Source: an archaeon
Lineage (GTDB): Archaea; Iainarchaeota; Iainarchaeia; Iainarchaeales; CSSED10-239
Direction: 5' to 3'
Length of the DNA: 32,000 nt
Assembly (NCBI GenBank): GCA_035400625.1
Contig: DAOMZT010000001.1
Span: 90,001 to 122,000, forward strand
In this document: positions 7,661 through 15,793 of the stretch, piece after piece
How the letters are laid out: the number at the start of each line of letters is the position of its first letter
How positions within the stretch are numbered: the first letter of the stretch is position 1
The notes under the pieces: model-generated
Told to the model about the DNA's origin: nothing
The model's database searches: none
What the model saw: the letters and a program-made list of their open reading frames with translations, nothing else
Made by a program: the position numbers and the translations under genes

Positions 7661-9640
7661 ATGAAAATACCAAATCGAAAAGATACATCGAAACTTTATG
7701 ACCTAATTCTTAATCTTAAAAATATCGAAAACCAAAGAACTGCAAAAGAAAAAGAAATATTAGATAAATTTTATAATCAAGAAATAGATTCTAAAAAACT
7801 AGTTTTAAAATTAAAAAAAGAAAAACTATTTTCTAATTCTAAAAAGTTAGATTTAAAATTTATTAATGCGTTTCTGGAATATAGCAAACACTTAGAACAT
7901 ATATCAAAAAACATAAATGTAACTACAGTTAACAAATATAAATTAAGTAAAAGACCAGCTCCTTTTATTTTAGGGCTAAAAAAATTATTATCTCCTGGAA
8001 ACGCCAAAGAAATCAAAAAAAAGAAATCTGCAAAAACAAAAATAGTAGAAGTAAACCCAAGTGAGAAAAAACAACACAAAAATATATTACAGAGTTTTTT
8101 TAGAGATCGTAAGCATAAAGAAACAATCAAAATTACAGAAAATTTAAATCCTTTGCCTTCTTTTGAAGAACCAAAAGAACTGTTGCCTGAAAACTACCAA
8201 ATATTAATTGAAGGCTATGCATATGCATTTATTGAAGAAAAAGACGGAGTAAAAAGATATGTTGTTGCAGAACCAGAATTAACAGCAGCAGAAGAAAAAA
8301 TACTTACTGAGACAAAACAAGAGCTAATAAATAAAATATCGCTTATTGAAATAAAAGATGAATCAGAATTACTAAAAAGAATTGATAAAATATTTACTAA
8401 AAAAAAACTTACACCTCAACAGAAATCAAAAATAATGTATTATGTAGGCAGACAAATTAAAGGATTAGACATTATAGAACCACTAATGCACGACCCATTA
8501 ATTGAAGATATAGAATGTGATGGAACAGGCATCCCTATATTTATTGTTCATAGAAAATATGGGCATCTTGAAACCAATATATTATTTAAAGACGAGAAAG
8601 AATTACAACAGTTTGTAATTAAGATGGCACACTTAAGTAAAAGCTATGTATCCTATGCTAGCCCATTACTTGATTCTATTCTTCCTGATGGTTCTCGTGT
8701 TAATGCCATATTGACAAGTAATGTTTCAACTAGAGGACCAACATTTACAATCAGAAAATTCCCACAAAAGCCATTAACTGCAATTGATTTAATTAATAGT
8801 GGCACATTAAACCCTATGCTTGTTGCTTATATTTGGACAATTATGGAATACCAAAAAAATGCATTAATTATTGGTCCAACTGCTGGTGGTAAAACAACAT
8901 TATTAAATGTCATTACTTCTTTTATCCCACCAGGAAAAAGAGTTGTTTCAATTGAAGATACTAGAGAAATAAATTTGCTTTTAGATAACTGGGTTCCACA
9001 AATTACTAGGCCTGGATTTGGACCACCAGATGGCACAGGTAAAAAATACGGGGAAGTTACGATGCTTGATCTTATTAAAGAATCTTTCAGACAAAGACCA
9101 GATTATTTAATTGTAGGAGAAGTTAGAGGAGAAGAGATGTCTGTCATGTTTCAAGGTATGGCATCTGGTCACTGTTGTTTATCTACAGTTCACGCAAAAA
9201 GCTTAACAGACCTTGTAAACAGGCTTATAACGCCTCCAATTTCTCTTGAACCAGCACTATTAACTTCTCTTGACCTTGTTATTATTACTGGCTTTGAAGG
9301 TAGTAGCGATATAAAAAGAACAATTAAAGAATTAGATGAGATTAAAGGATTTAATACTAAAGATAATAAAATAGAATATACAGCAATTTACAATGTTTAT
9401 GATAAACCTCAAAAAAAGGAAGGAGATTTATTCACGCACGAACTACCAATAACCTACAAAAGTGAAATTTTACAATCTATTGCAAAAGAATATAATATAA
9501 ATATCAATAGTTTATTAGATATGATAAACAAAAGAATCAAATTTATAGAAGAATTAACAAAGAATCCACCAAAGGATTATGTTGAATTTAAAATAGCAAT
9601 CAATAAATACAAATCACAAGAAAAAACAATTACTAATTAA
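7661..9640 (+). CDS. type II/IV secretion-system ATPase of the archaeal FlaI/ArlI-PilB-VirB11 family, with a ~175-aa Lys-rich N-terminal extension
   Basis: 659 aa. Walker A is GPTAGGKTTLLN, followed by IEDTREI, Walker B/Asp box RPDYLIVGEVRGEE and His box GHCCLSTVHA. The family-typical N-domain motif RYVVAEPELTAAEEKIL begins near residue 198. Confidence 0.9.
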   Translation: MKIPNRKDTSKLYDLILNLKNIENQRTAKEKEILDKFYNQEIDSKKLVLKLKKEKLFSNSKKLDLKFINAFLEYSKHLEHISKNINVTTVNKYKLSKRPAPFILGLKKLLSPGNAKEIKKKKSAKTKIVEVNPSEKKQHKNILQSFFRDRKHKETIKITENLNPLPSFEEPKELLPENYQILIEGYAYAFIEEKDGVKRYVVAEPELTAAEEKILTETKQELINKISLIEIKDESELLKRIDKIFTKKKLTPQQKSKIMYYVGRQIKGLDIIEPLMHDPLIEDIECDGTGIPIFIVHRKYGHLETNILFKDEKELQQFVIKMAHLSKSYVSYASPLLDSILPDGSRVNAILTSNVSTRGPTFTIRKFPQKPLTAIDLINSGTLNPMLVAYIWTIMEYQKNALIIGPTAGGKTTLLNVITSFIPPGKRVVSIEDTREINLLLDNWVPQITRPGFGPPDGTGKKYGEVTMLDLIKESFRQRPDYLIVGEVRGEEMSVMFQGMASGHCCLSTVHAKSLTDLVNRLITPPISLEPALLTSLDLVIITGFEGSSDIKRTIKELDEIKGFNTKDNKIEYTAIYNVYDKPQKKEGDLFTHELPITYKSEILQSIAKEYNININSLLDMINKRIKFIEELTKNPPKDYVEFKIAINKYKSQEKTITN

Positions 9641-9642
9641 AT

Positions 9643-10947
9643 TTACTTAAAGGGGTCTCTTCTATTAAACAGATATTCTGGATCTATCTCTTTTGATTTT
9701 GTATTTTGTTTTGGTTTCTTTTTTATTTTGATTTTCTTTGCTAAGGTAATGCCAACAAGAATTACAATAGTTGCAACAATGATATAAATAAAATATTTTG
9801 TGAAGTCGTGTGTTTCTATCTCTTTAACTCCTGTTTCTTTTATTTTTTTAACTTGGGTTTTAGCAAGTTTTATCTTGCTAATGCTTTCTTCATATCTGCC
9901 CTTGTTATATAGTTCCTTTATTTGAGAATAATTTTGACTTAGTTCTGATACTGTTTTTGCATCTTTCCATAAATTTAAATTTTCTGAACTTAATATTTGG
10001 TTTATTGAATTATCCAAGGTTCCTTTTAAGTCAGCACTATAGTTATATAGCAAAGATTTTGCAATATAATAATTTTGTCTGGTCTCCAGAGTTTGTTGTA
10101 AGATCTCTAATGGGCTATTTGGTCCTGCTTTTTCAAAGTCAGCAATCACCAGAGAATAGAACTGATTTGTTGATGCGAGGCTATCTGTTATTGTAGCAAT
10201 ACTACTATTTAAGTTGCTTGGTGCTTCGATATAGCTCATTATTATCTTTTTTGTGGTTTCATCTAATTTTTTATCAGCAACTACTACTTCTACAATCTCA
10301 TTTGTCGAATCGCGGTAATTTACTGAAGAAGAAACAATGTCGTTATAGCCTTTAAATGTGTTTTTATATGATAATATCAAACTATCTGTTTTTGTACAGT
10401 CAGTAGTGTCTAAAAATACAGATTGTTCTTTTTGTAATTTACTAAGCTTTGTTTTCATATCTTGTAATTGATTGATTAATAATTCTAATTTGTCTTTTGT
10501 ATTTTGACATTTTGCAGTTATTGAAGAAGAGTAATTTGACTTGATTATTCCTTCTATTTTTGCAGATTTTGATTGCAAAATAATATTTAAATTATCTATC
10601 TTATCAATTAATTGCTGAGATAAATAGTTATTCCCGCTTTTGGTTTTTATGTTTCTATTAAGTAAAGCAGTTTTAATGATATTTTGGGTGCTGGTATTTC
10701 TCTCGTAGCTTACAGAGCCGTCATTGGATTCTATAGGCAAAAACAGCACAATGTTTGATTCTGAATCAACAATATTTAGTGTATAATACTCGTGATTATC
10801 GCAATTAATATAATAAACACTGCCAGGATCTAAATATTCGTTTTGCAACATATATTCTTTTGCAATATCCTGTGCAGAATATAAAGAAATGGCATGCGCC
10901 AAAGGAATAATTAACAATAAAAATATAATTGCTATAATTTTTTTCAT
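9643..10947 (-). CDS. hypothetical secreted type-I membrane protein (signal peptide, PepSY-like head, long helical region, C-terminal TM plus basic tail)
   Basis: 434 aa. Signal peptide MKKIIAIIFLLLIIPLAHA|IS. The head is AQDIAKEYML...YYTLNIVD. The middle is coiled-coil-like (LELLINQLQDMKTKLSKLQKEQ). The C-terminus is YFIYIIVATIVILVGITLAKKIKIKKKPK. There is a 4-nt overlap with the upstream gene. Confidence 0.6.
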   Translation of the reverse strand: MKKIIAIIFLLLIIPLAHAISLYSAQDIAKEYMLQNEYLDPGSVYYINCDNHEYYTLNIVDSESNIVLFLPIESNDGSVSYERNTSTQNIIKTALLNRNIKTKSGNNYLSQQLIDKIDNLNIILQSKSAKIEGIIKSNYSSSITAKCQNTKDKLELLINQLQDMKTKLSKLQKEQSVFLDTTDCTKTDSLILSYKNTFKGYNDIVSSSVNYRDSTNEIVEVVVADKKLDETTKKIIMSYIEAPSNLNSSIATITDSLASTNQFYSLVIADFEKAGPNSPLEILQQTLETRQNYYIAKSLLYNYSADLKGTLDNSINQILSSENLNLWKDAKTVSELSQNYSQIKELYNKGRYEESISKIKLAKTQVKKIKETGVKEIETHDFTKYFIYIIVATIVILVGITLAKKIKIKKKPKQNTKSKEIDPEYLFNRRDPFK

Positions 10948-11918
10948 TCTTCCTCTTTTTTAAATATTTTATCAAACAGATATATTGTTACAGCAAATAT
11001 TAAAAAAACTATTGATAAGCTTGTATAAGCCAAAGATGAAATCACTAATGCAAAGAAAAACGCAAAGTTGCTTTCTATAAACCCAATAAACGGAATTGAT
11101 TTTATAGCATCGATTATTTTAACTTTAATAACTGGCGCATCAAGCTCAGGCATTAGTTCTTTTATTTCTTCGGGTGTTTTATTTGCTGCTGCAGAGTATT
11201 TTATGTTTTCCATAAAATCCGTAAAGTCAGAAGATGTTTCGTCTGTTTTTGATCTTAATGCAGAATACTCTTTAGATTCCATAATAAATTTTAAATTGGA
11301 CAAGGTACATTGCTGGTTAATTGTGTAAGATGCACTAATCCAAGGATCCAAATCATCAGCAACAAACAAATTTACTAGACCTGCTTCAAATTCCTCAACT
11401 TTTTTACTTTGTTCTGGAAGAATATACAATACAGAAGAGATAAACAATCCAATAACTAAAAAAATAGTTAATTTAGATAGGTAATTTGTTGTTTGGTTAA
11501 ACATGTTTTTTTCTGATGTTTTTTTAGCTATCAAACACAAGATAATGTGTGCTAAGATATACAATATTAAAAACAAAACAAAATAAATTTTAATTTTTAA
11601 AAAAATGATTGCAAAAATCAAAGACAAAAACAAACTAATACCAACTACAATTAAACTTTCTTCTTTTATAGAGTTGTAAATGATTGCTAAAATAATTATT
11701 GAGGTTATTGGGAAAAAAATTGCAAAAAGCAGGAAATTTAGAGAAAATATAGAGTTAAGTATTGTCGCCAAATCAAATACTCTAAATGCATAAACTGTTA
11801 GTTTGGAAGATATCAAAAAATAAATCCAAAAAAAAGAAGACATAGCTACAATTAATATTTTTAAAAGCAATTTCGAATTAAATCCAACTGCTCCTTTCTT
11901 ATTTATCATAAATCCCAC
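10944..11918 (-). CDS. hypothetical polytopic membrane protein with a ~100-aa soluble loop
   Basis: 324 aa (GTG at 11918, alternative ATG at 11909). About five N-terminal TMs are followed by an acidic soluble segment (EEFEAGLVNLFVADDLDPW...TPEEIKELMPELD) and C-terminal TM(s). No family was recognised. Confidence 0.55.
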   Translation of the reverse strand: MGFMINKKGAVGFNSKLLLKILIVAMSSFFWIYFLISSKLTVYAFRVFDLATILNSIFSLNFLLFAIFFPITSIIILAIIYNSIKEESLIVVGISLFLSLIFAIIFLKIKIYFVLFLILYILAHIILCLIAKKTSEKNMFNQTTNYLSKLTIFLVIGLFISSVLYILPEQSKKVEEFEAGLVNLFVADDLDPWISASYTINQQCTLSNLKFIMESKEYSALRSKTDETSSDFTDFMENIKYSAAANKTPEEIKELMPELDAPVIKVKIIDAIKSIPFIGFIESNFAFFFALVISSLAYTSLSIVFLIFAVTIYLFDKIFKKEEE

Positions 11919-12844
11919 TATTCAATTATTTCATTTATGTTAATTAGATCTATTATTTCTTTATTTTCTTTATCATAAACAAATGTTGTTTCTGCCTGAG
12001 AAACAAAAGAGTCTTTTTTATCTATTAACACTGGATATGCAGATATTGCCCGTGCTTTTAATAATTCTCTAAATGCGACTTTTCTATCAAAGCTTGAAAG
12101 CTCTTTGCCAACCCAAAACTCTGAGAATGCCATGCCATTAAAGCTTTTTATTTCCTCTAGTATCTTTCGAGCATTAGGGTTTCTAACAGAAACATCTTCT
12201 TCAAAAATAAAGATATATACATTATTTCCTTCTGTTACAAATCCTTTGCCAGTACTAGAGAATGGCTCTATTGCAAACCAGGATTCTATGTCTGATAATT
12301 TTATATTAATGTTATTTTTTATGTTTGGTATTGATGGTTGATTGTGAGTTGTATATCTTGTAATGGTATGACCTGTTAGATTACTTACTGGCTTATAGCC
12401 ATAACTTGTTATGGTCTCTTCTATAATTTCTCCGATTTTTGAAATAGTTACTGTGTGCGGATTATTAAAGATATAGTCTTTGGATTTTAATAATGCCTTG
12501 TCACTTGACTCTTTTAATTTTTCGTGAGCTTTAGAGAAAATGAAAGTTTGAGAAGAATCAGTAATGTAGCCATCAATTGAGACGCCAACATCGACTTTTA
12601 GAACATCTGTTTCTTTAAGAATTACTTGCTCTTCAGGGCTATAAGAGTTGTGAGCAGCCTCATGGTTTATTGAAAGATTAACTGGCCAAGCAGGCACAGC
12701 ATCTTGCTCTTTTATGTAATTTTCTATTTGTGTTCCTATCTCTAGAAAAGAAATGCCTGGTTTAATTATTTTTTTTGCAAGTTTCTGTGCTCTATTATTT
12801 ATATTTCCTGATTTTTTTAAAATGTCTATTTCTGTTTTGTTCAT
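11918..12844 (-). CDS. map: methionine aminopeptidase, type 2 (archaeal/eukaryotic M24A)
   Basis: 308 aa. It has the pita-bread metal-ligand context DVLKVDVGVSIDGYITDSSQTF, HTITRY..H and FAIEPFSSTGKG, plus the type-2 helical insert. Confidence 0.85.
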   Translation of the reverse strand: MNKTEIDILKKSGNINNRAQKLAKKIIKPGISFLEIGTQIENYIKEQDAVPAWPVNLSINHEAAHNSYSPEEQVILKETDVLKVDVGVSIDGYITDSSQTFIFSKAHEKLKESSDKALLKSKDYIFNNPHTVTISKIGEIIEETITSYGYKPVSNLTGHTITRYTTHNQPSIPNIKNNINIKLSDIESWFAIEPFSSTGKGFVTEGNNVYIFIFEEDVSVRNPNARKILEEIKSFNGMAFSEFWVGKELSSFDRKVAFRELLKARAISAYPVLIDKKDSFVSQAETTFVYDKENKEIIDLININEIIE

Positions 12845-13341
12845 TTTTTTTCTTCTCTATTTGTTAAAAAAACTATAGCAATAAATGCAATAATAAACCC
12901 AAAATATATTGGCATATCAGGAACAGGAACATTCTTTTGTGCTTGTTTGATCATGAACCACACTTGCCCACTATTGTTTGTAGGTCTTTCATCAGGTGTT
13001 AATACTGTTGCTCTAATAAGATGTTGAGCAGTAGAGGCGTTAGTGTCTGAAATTGTAATATTTACTAAAATATTATTGGAATCGTTTGCTCCAATATGTA
13101 TTGGGTTGCCGTCTTCTGTATTATAATTTACATCAAAAAGACGATCTGATTTAGGATTATATACTTCTACTCTTAGATTTACATCTGTAGACACACTAGA
13201 ATTATTAACAACAACAACATTTACATCAAAATTAGTGTCTTCAAGCACTACTTTTGGTGCGATAATTTCACCTACATAAAAGTCAGCAAAAACTGCACCA
13301 CACATTAATACTAAAAATGCAAATATGAATATTTTTCTCAT
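12841..13341 (-). CDS. hypothetical secreted beta-sandwich (CARDB-like) protein with C-terminal membrane anchor
   Basis: 166 aa. Signal peptide MRKIFIFAFLVLMCGAVFA. Body FDVNVVVVNNSSVSTDVNLRVEVYNP. C-terminus PIYFGFIIAFIAIVFLTNREEKK. There is a 4-nt overlap with map. Confidence 0.55.
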   Translation of the reverse strand: MRKIFIFAFLVLMCGAVFADFYVGEIIAPKVVLEDTNFDVNVVVVNNSSVSTDVNLRVEVYNPKSDRLFDVNYNTEDGNPIHIGANDSNNILVNITISDTNASTAQHLIRATVLTPDERPTNNSGQVWFMIKQAQKNVPVPDMPIYFGFIIAFIAIVFLTNREEKK

Positions 13342-13422
13342 ATATTTATTCCCCTAAATATATTATAGTAAATATAAAGATAATAAGGTTTATAAAATTA
13401 GCTAAAAAAGAAAAAAAGAGAA

Positions 13423-13893
13423 TTAGTTGATCTTGGAATCGTAATTTCCTGCATTTAAATCCTTTAAAGCCTCTGCTGGTGTTTTTCCATCAATATTAAC
13501 TCCAAGAGATCTACAGGTTCCAAAAACTTCTTTAATTCCTGCTTTTAAACATCTTGCACTTAATTGGCCATACTTTGCTTTTGTTATTTTCAGGACCTTA
13601 TCAAAAGTTAAGTTCCCAGCAGTTTCAGTTCCTGCTTTTCCTGAGCCTTTTTTAATATTTAATTCTTTTTTTATTAATGCACTTGTTAATGGAGCACCGA
13701 CTTCAACAGAATAGCTTTTATCTGAATTAATATGGACTTTAACAGGCACTTGCATACCCTCTAATTCCTTTGTTACTCTGTTTATTTCTTTAACAACTTC
13801 CATTGTGTTAACACCCATTGGCCCTAAAGCTGGACCAAGTGGTGGACCTGCACTTGCTTTTCCTGCATCTACTAAAACTTTTATTGTTGGCAT
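13423..13893 (-). CDS. rpl11: 50S ribosomal protein L11 (uL11)
   Basis: 156 aa. The motif KASAGPPLGPALGPMGVNTMEVVKEIN is the uL11 signature. Confidence 0.95.
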   Translation of the reverse strand: MPTIKVLVDAGKASAGPPLGPALGPMGVNTMEVVKEINRVTKELEGMQVPVKVHINSDKSYSVEVGAPLTSALIKKELNIKKGSGKAGTETAGNLTFDKVLKITKAKYGQLSARCLKAGIKEVFGTCRSLGVNIDGKTPAEALKDLNAGNYDSKIN

Positions 13894-13912
13894 ATATTTT
13901 TCACATCCCTCT

Positions 13913-14350
13913 TTAGTTTAATAATTTAATATTTTCTGCTTTCATAGTTATTGGAACTTTTACTGTTGCATCAAACAACTCAATAACCACTTCTTCTTTT
14001 GCAACATTTACTCTTGTTACTTTTGCTCTTGAGCCTTTAAAAGGACCAAGTATTATCTCTACTGTCTGGCCAGGCTTAATAGAACTCATTAATGGTCTGG
14101 ATTCTAGGATTCCAGCTATTTCTTTAATATCAATATTTCCTGTAACCATTTGCCCACCCTTAATGTGTGGCACATTATGAATCAATAGCTCTACTGTCTT
14201 TTCTTCTTGTGCTTCTATCAAGATATAGCCTTTAAGATCTGCCATCTCCACTAAAGAATAAACAGGAAGCCCTTCTTCTTTTATTCTATGGTGAAGAATA
14301 TCAATAACAACTCTTTCTTGACCAACCGTTGTTCTAACTGTAAATATCAT
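13913..14350 (-). CDS. spt5: transcription elongation factor Spt5 (archaeal NusG)
   Basis: The product starts at MIFTVRTTVGQERVVIDIL (NGN domain). The KOW domain is PGQTVEIILGPFKGSRAKVTRV. The 32-codon N-terminal extension in the ORF track (to 14446) is rejected because it overlaps secE. The ATG overlaps the secE stop (ATGA). Confidence 0.9.
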   Translation of the reverse strand: MIFTVRTTVGQERVVIDILHHRIKEEGLPVYSLVEMADLKGYILIEAQEEKTVELLIHNVPHIKGGQMVTGNIDIKEIAGILESRPLMSSIKPGQTVEIILGPFKGSRAKVTRVNVAKEEVVIELFDATVKVPITMKAENIKLLN

Positions 14351-14526
14351 ACTTTCCCGCCTATTATGTTCATAATTATTCTTACTATAAAACCAATAAC
14401 TCCAATAACAATCATTCCAATACCTACAATCTTTGCCATTAACCAAAATTCTTTCCTGCTTGGTTTCTTGGAAATTAATAAAATTCTTTTTGAAGATTCA
14501 AAAAATTCTTTTATCTTATTTGCCAT
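14347..14526 (-). CDS. secE: preprotein translocase subunit SecE (Sec61gamma), 59 aa
   Basis: Own translation gives MANKIKEFFESSKRILLISKKPSRKEFWLMAKIVGIGMIVIGVIGFIVRIIMNIIGGKV. It has the canonical amphipathic head, KP(S/T)R.E(F/Y) motif and single TM, and sits in the conserved ftsZ-secE-spt5-L11 position. Confidence 0.85.
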   Translation of the reverse strand: MANKIKEFFESSKRILLISKKPSRKEFWLMAKIVGIGMIVIGVIGFIVRIIMNIIGGKV

Positions 14527-14539
14527 TTTTTATTCACTT

Positions 14540-15652
14540 TTAAATTTTTTCAATATCTAGATCTAAATTTTCTTTTTTATTTGTGTTGTTGCCTACAATA
14601 TCACTTAAGTATGGAATATCAGCACCTGCAATTACTGCCATAACTTTAATTGAATTTCTTGGTATGTCTTCATCTATCATTGCCCCCCAGATTATGTGGG
14701 CATCTTGGCTAATCTTTGATGCTACTGTTTCAACTATCAGCTCTGCTTCTTTAAGAGTCATGTCTTGGCCACCCAAAACGTTTACTAAAGCTTTTTTTGC
14801 ATTATTGATCTCTATATCAAGCAATGGAGAGGTTAATGCATCTTCTACAGCTTCCATTGCTCTTGAATCATTGTTGTTTTTATTTACTGAGCTTTCACCC
14901 ACGCCAATCATTGCAAGACCGCCATTTGAAAGTATGGTTTTTAGATCTGCAAAGTCAAGATTAATTATTCCTGCTTTTGTTACTAGTTCAATTATTCCTT
15001 TAACTGATTGTGTTAAGATCTTGTCAACCTCTTGAAAAGCAATCTGTAATGGCAAATCAGGTGCAATCTCTAAAATTTTGTCATTTGGTATAATAATCAA
15101 AGTATCGACTTCTTTCTTTAATCTTTCAAGACCAGTTAATGCATTTTCAATTCTTTGCTTTCCTTCAACAGCAAATGGCAAGGTTACAACACCTATACAA
15201 AGTGCTTTCTTTTCTTTAACAATTTTAGCAACCTCTGAAATTGCCCCTGTTCCTGTTCCACCACCAAGGCCACAAGTTACAAAAACCATGTCAGCATCTT
15301 TTAATACATTTTTAATTTCTTCTTTTGATTCTTCTGCTGCTACTCTTCCAACTTCAGGGTTTGATCCTGCACCAAGGCCTCTTGTGGTTTTTTTGCCAAT
15401 TAACATTTTCTTGTCTGCTCTAATCTTTAATAATGCCTGGGCATCGGTATTCATAGCAATCATTATTGCTCCTTCAATACCTGTCTGATTCATTCTGTCA
15501 AGGCTATTGCCACCAGAACCTCCAACACCTACAACATAGATGTTTGGAAGTGATGCTTTTAAAAACTCCTCTAGTTCTTCATCATCGCTTCTTTGTACTT
15601 TTTCGCTGTTAGCATCTTGTGCAACAACCCTACTGCTTTGCATTCCTGACAA
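14540..15652 (-). CDS. ftsZ: cell division GTPase FtsZ
   Basis: 370 aa. It has GVGGSGGNSLDRM and the tubulin signature GLGGGTGTGA, plus NTDAQAL. Confidence 0.95.
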   Translation of the reverse strand: MSGMQSSRVVAQDANSEKVQRSDDEELEEFLKASLPNIYVVGVGGSGGNSLDRMNQTGIEGAIMIAMNTDAQALLKIRADKKMLIGKKTTRGLGAGSNPEVGRVAAEESKEEIKNVLKDADMVFVTCGLGGGTGTGAISEVAKIVKEKKALCIGVVTLPFAVEGKQRIENALTGLERLKKEVDTLIIIPNDKILEIAPDLPLQIAFQEVDKILTQSVKGIIELVTKAGIINLDFADLKTILSNGGLAMIGVGESSVNKNNNDSRAMEAVEDALTSPLLDIEINNAKKALVNVLGGQDMTLKEAELIVETVASKISQDAHIIWGAMIDEDIPRNSIKVMAVIAGADIPYLSDIVGNNTNKKENLDLDIEKI

Positions 15653-15793
15653 AATTCATTCCCCCTGGCTTGTTATCTTATCTTTAAACATAAAATATAA
15701 ATATTATATAAAAAGAGATATATTATTTATAGATAAGAAACCTTTAAATATAAATCTATTTTATGATATATAGAGAATAATAACAAAAATTAT

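Noticed and set aside
10944-11918. Possibility that the 324-aa polytopic protein is the missing FlaJ/PilC platform or a prepilin peptidase. Its N-terminus even contains KKG|AV.
   Set aside because: It has no duplicated T2SSF-like cytoplasmic helical domains and is too short for a platform. It also lacks the conserved Asp pair and GxGDxK-type motif of A24 peptidases. The residues after KKG are interrupted by lysines, so it is not a pilin signal. The same reasoning excludes the 215-aa 5-TM protein at 19894-20541.
12841-13341. PGF-CTERM/archaeosortase sorting signal at the C-terminus of the 166-aa secreted protein.
   Set aside because: The motif (PIYFGF...) is not the canonical PGF tripeptide context, and no archaeosortase gene is present in the window. 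It is kept only as a remark.
14351-14446. 32-codon N-terminal extension of the Spt5 ORF in the track (MVNGKDCRYWNDCYW...).
   Set aside because: It overlaps the well-supported secE reading frame. Spt5 homology begins exactly at the internal Met (MIFTVRT...), whose ATG overlaps the secE stop.
14583-15488. 150-aa and 136-aa plus-strand ORFs opposite ftsZ. Similar antisense ORFs occur at 69-314, 1022-1228, 2651-2944, 4416-4679, 7375-7623, 7777-8130, 8827-9036, 9957-10196, 11068-11328, 12105-12341, 18513-18752, 21041-21316, 23729-24013, 25758-27095, 28094-28498, 29488-30117, 30690-31009, 31307-31755 and 16680-16874.
   Set aside because: Each lies inside, and antisense or out of frame to, a longer ORF with clear homology or coherent membrane/secreted architecture. 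Their translations are low-complexity (S/F/L/I-rich) shadow-ORF sequences typical of AT-rich DNA.
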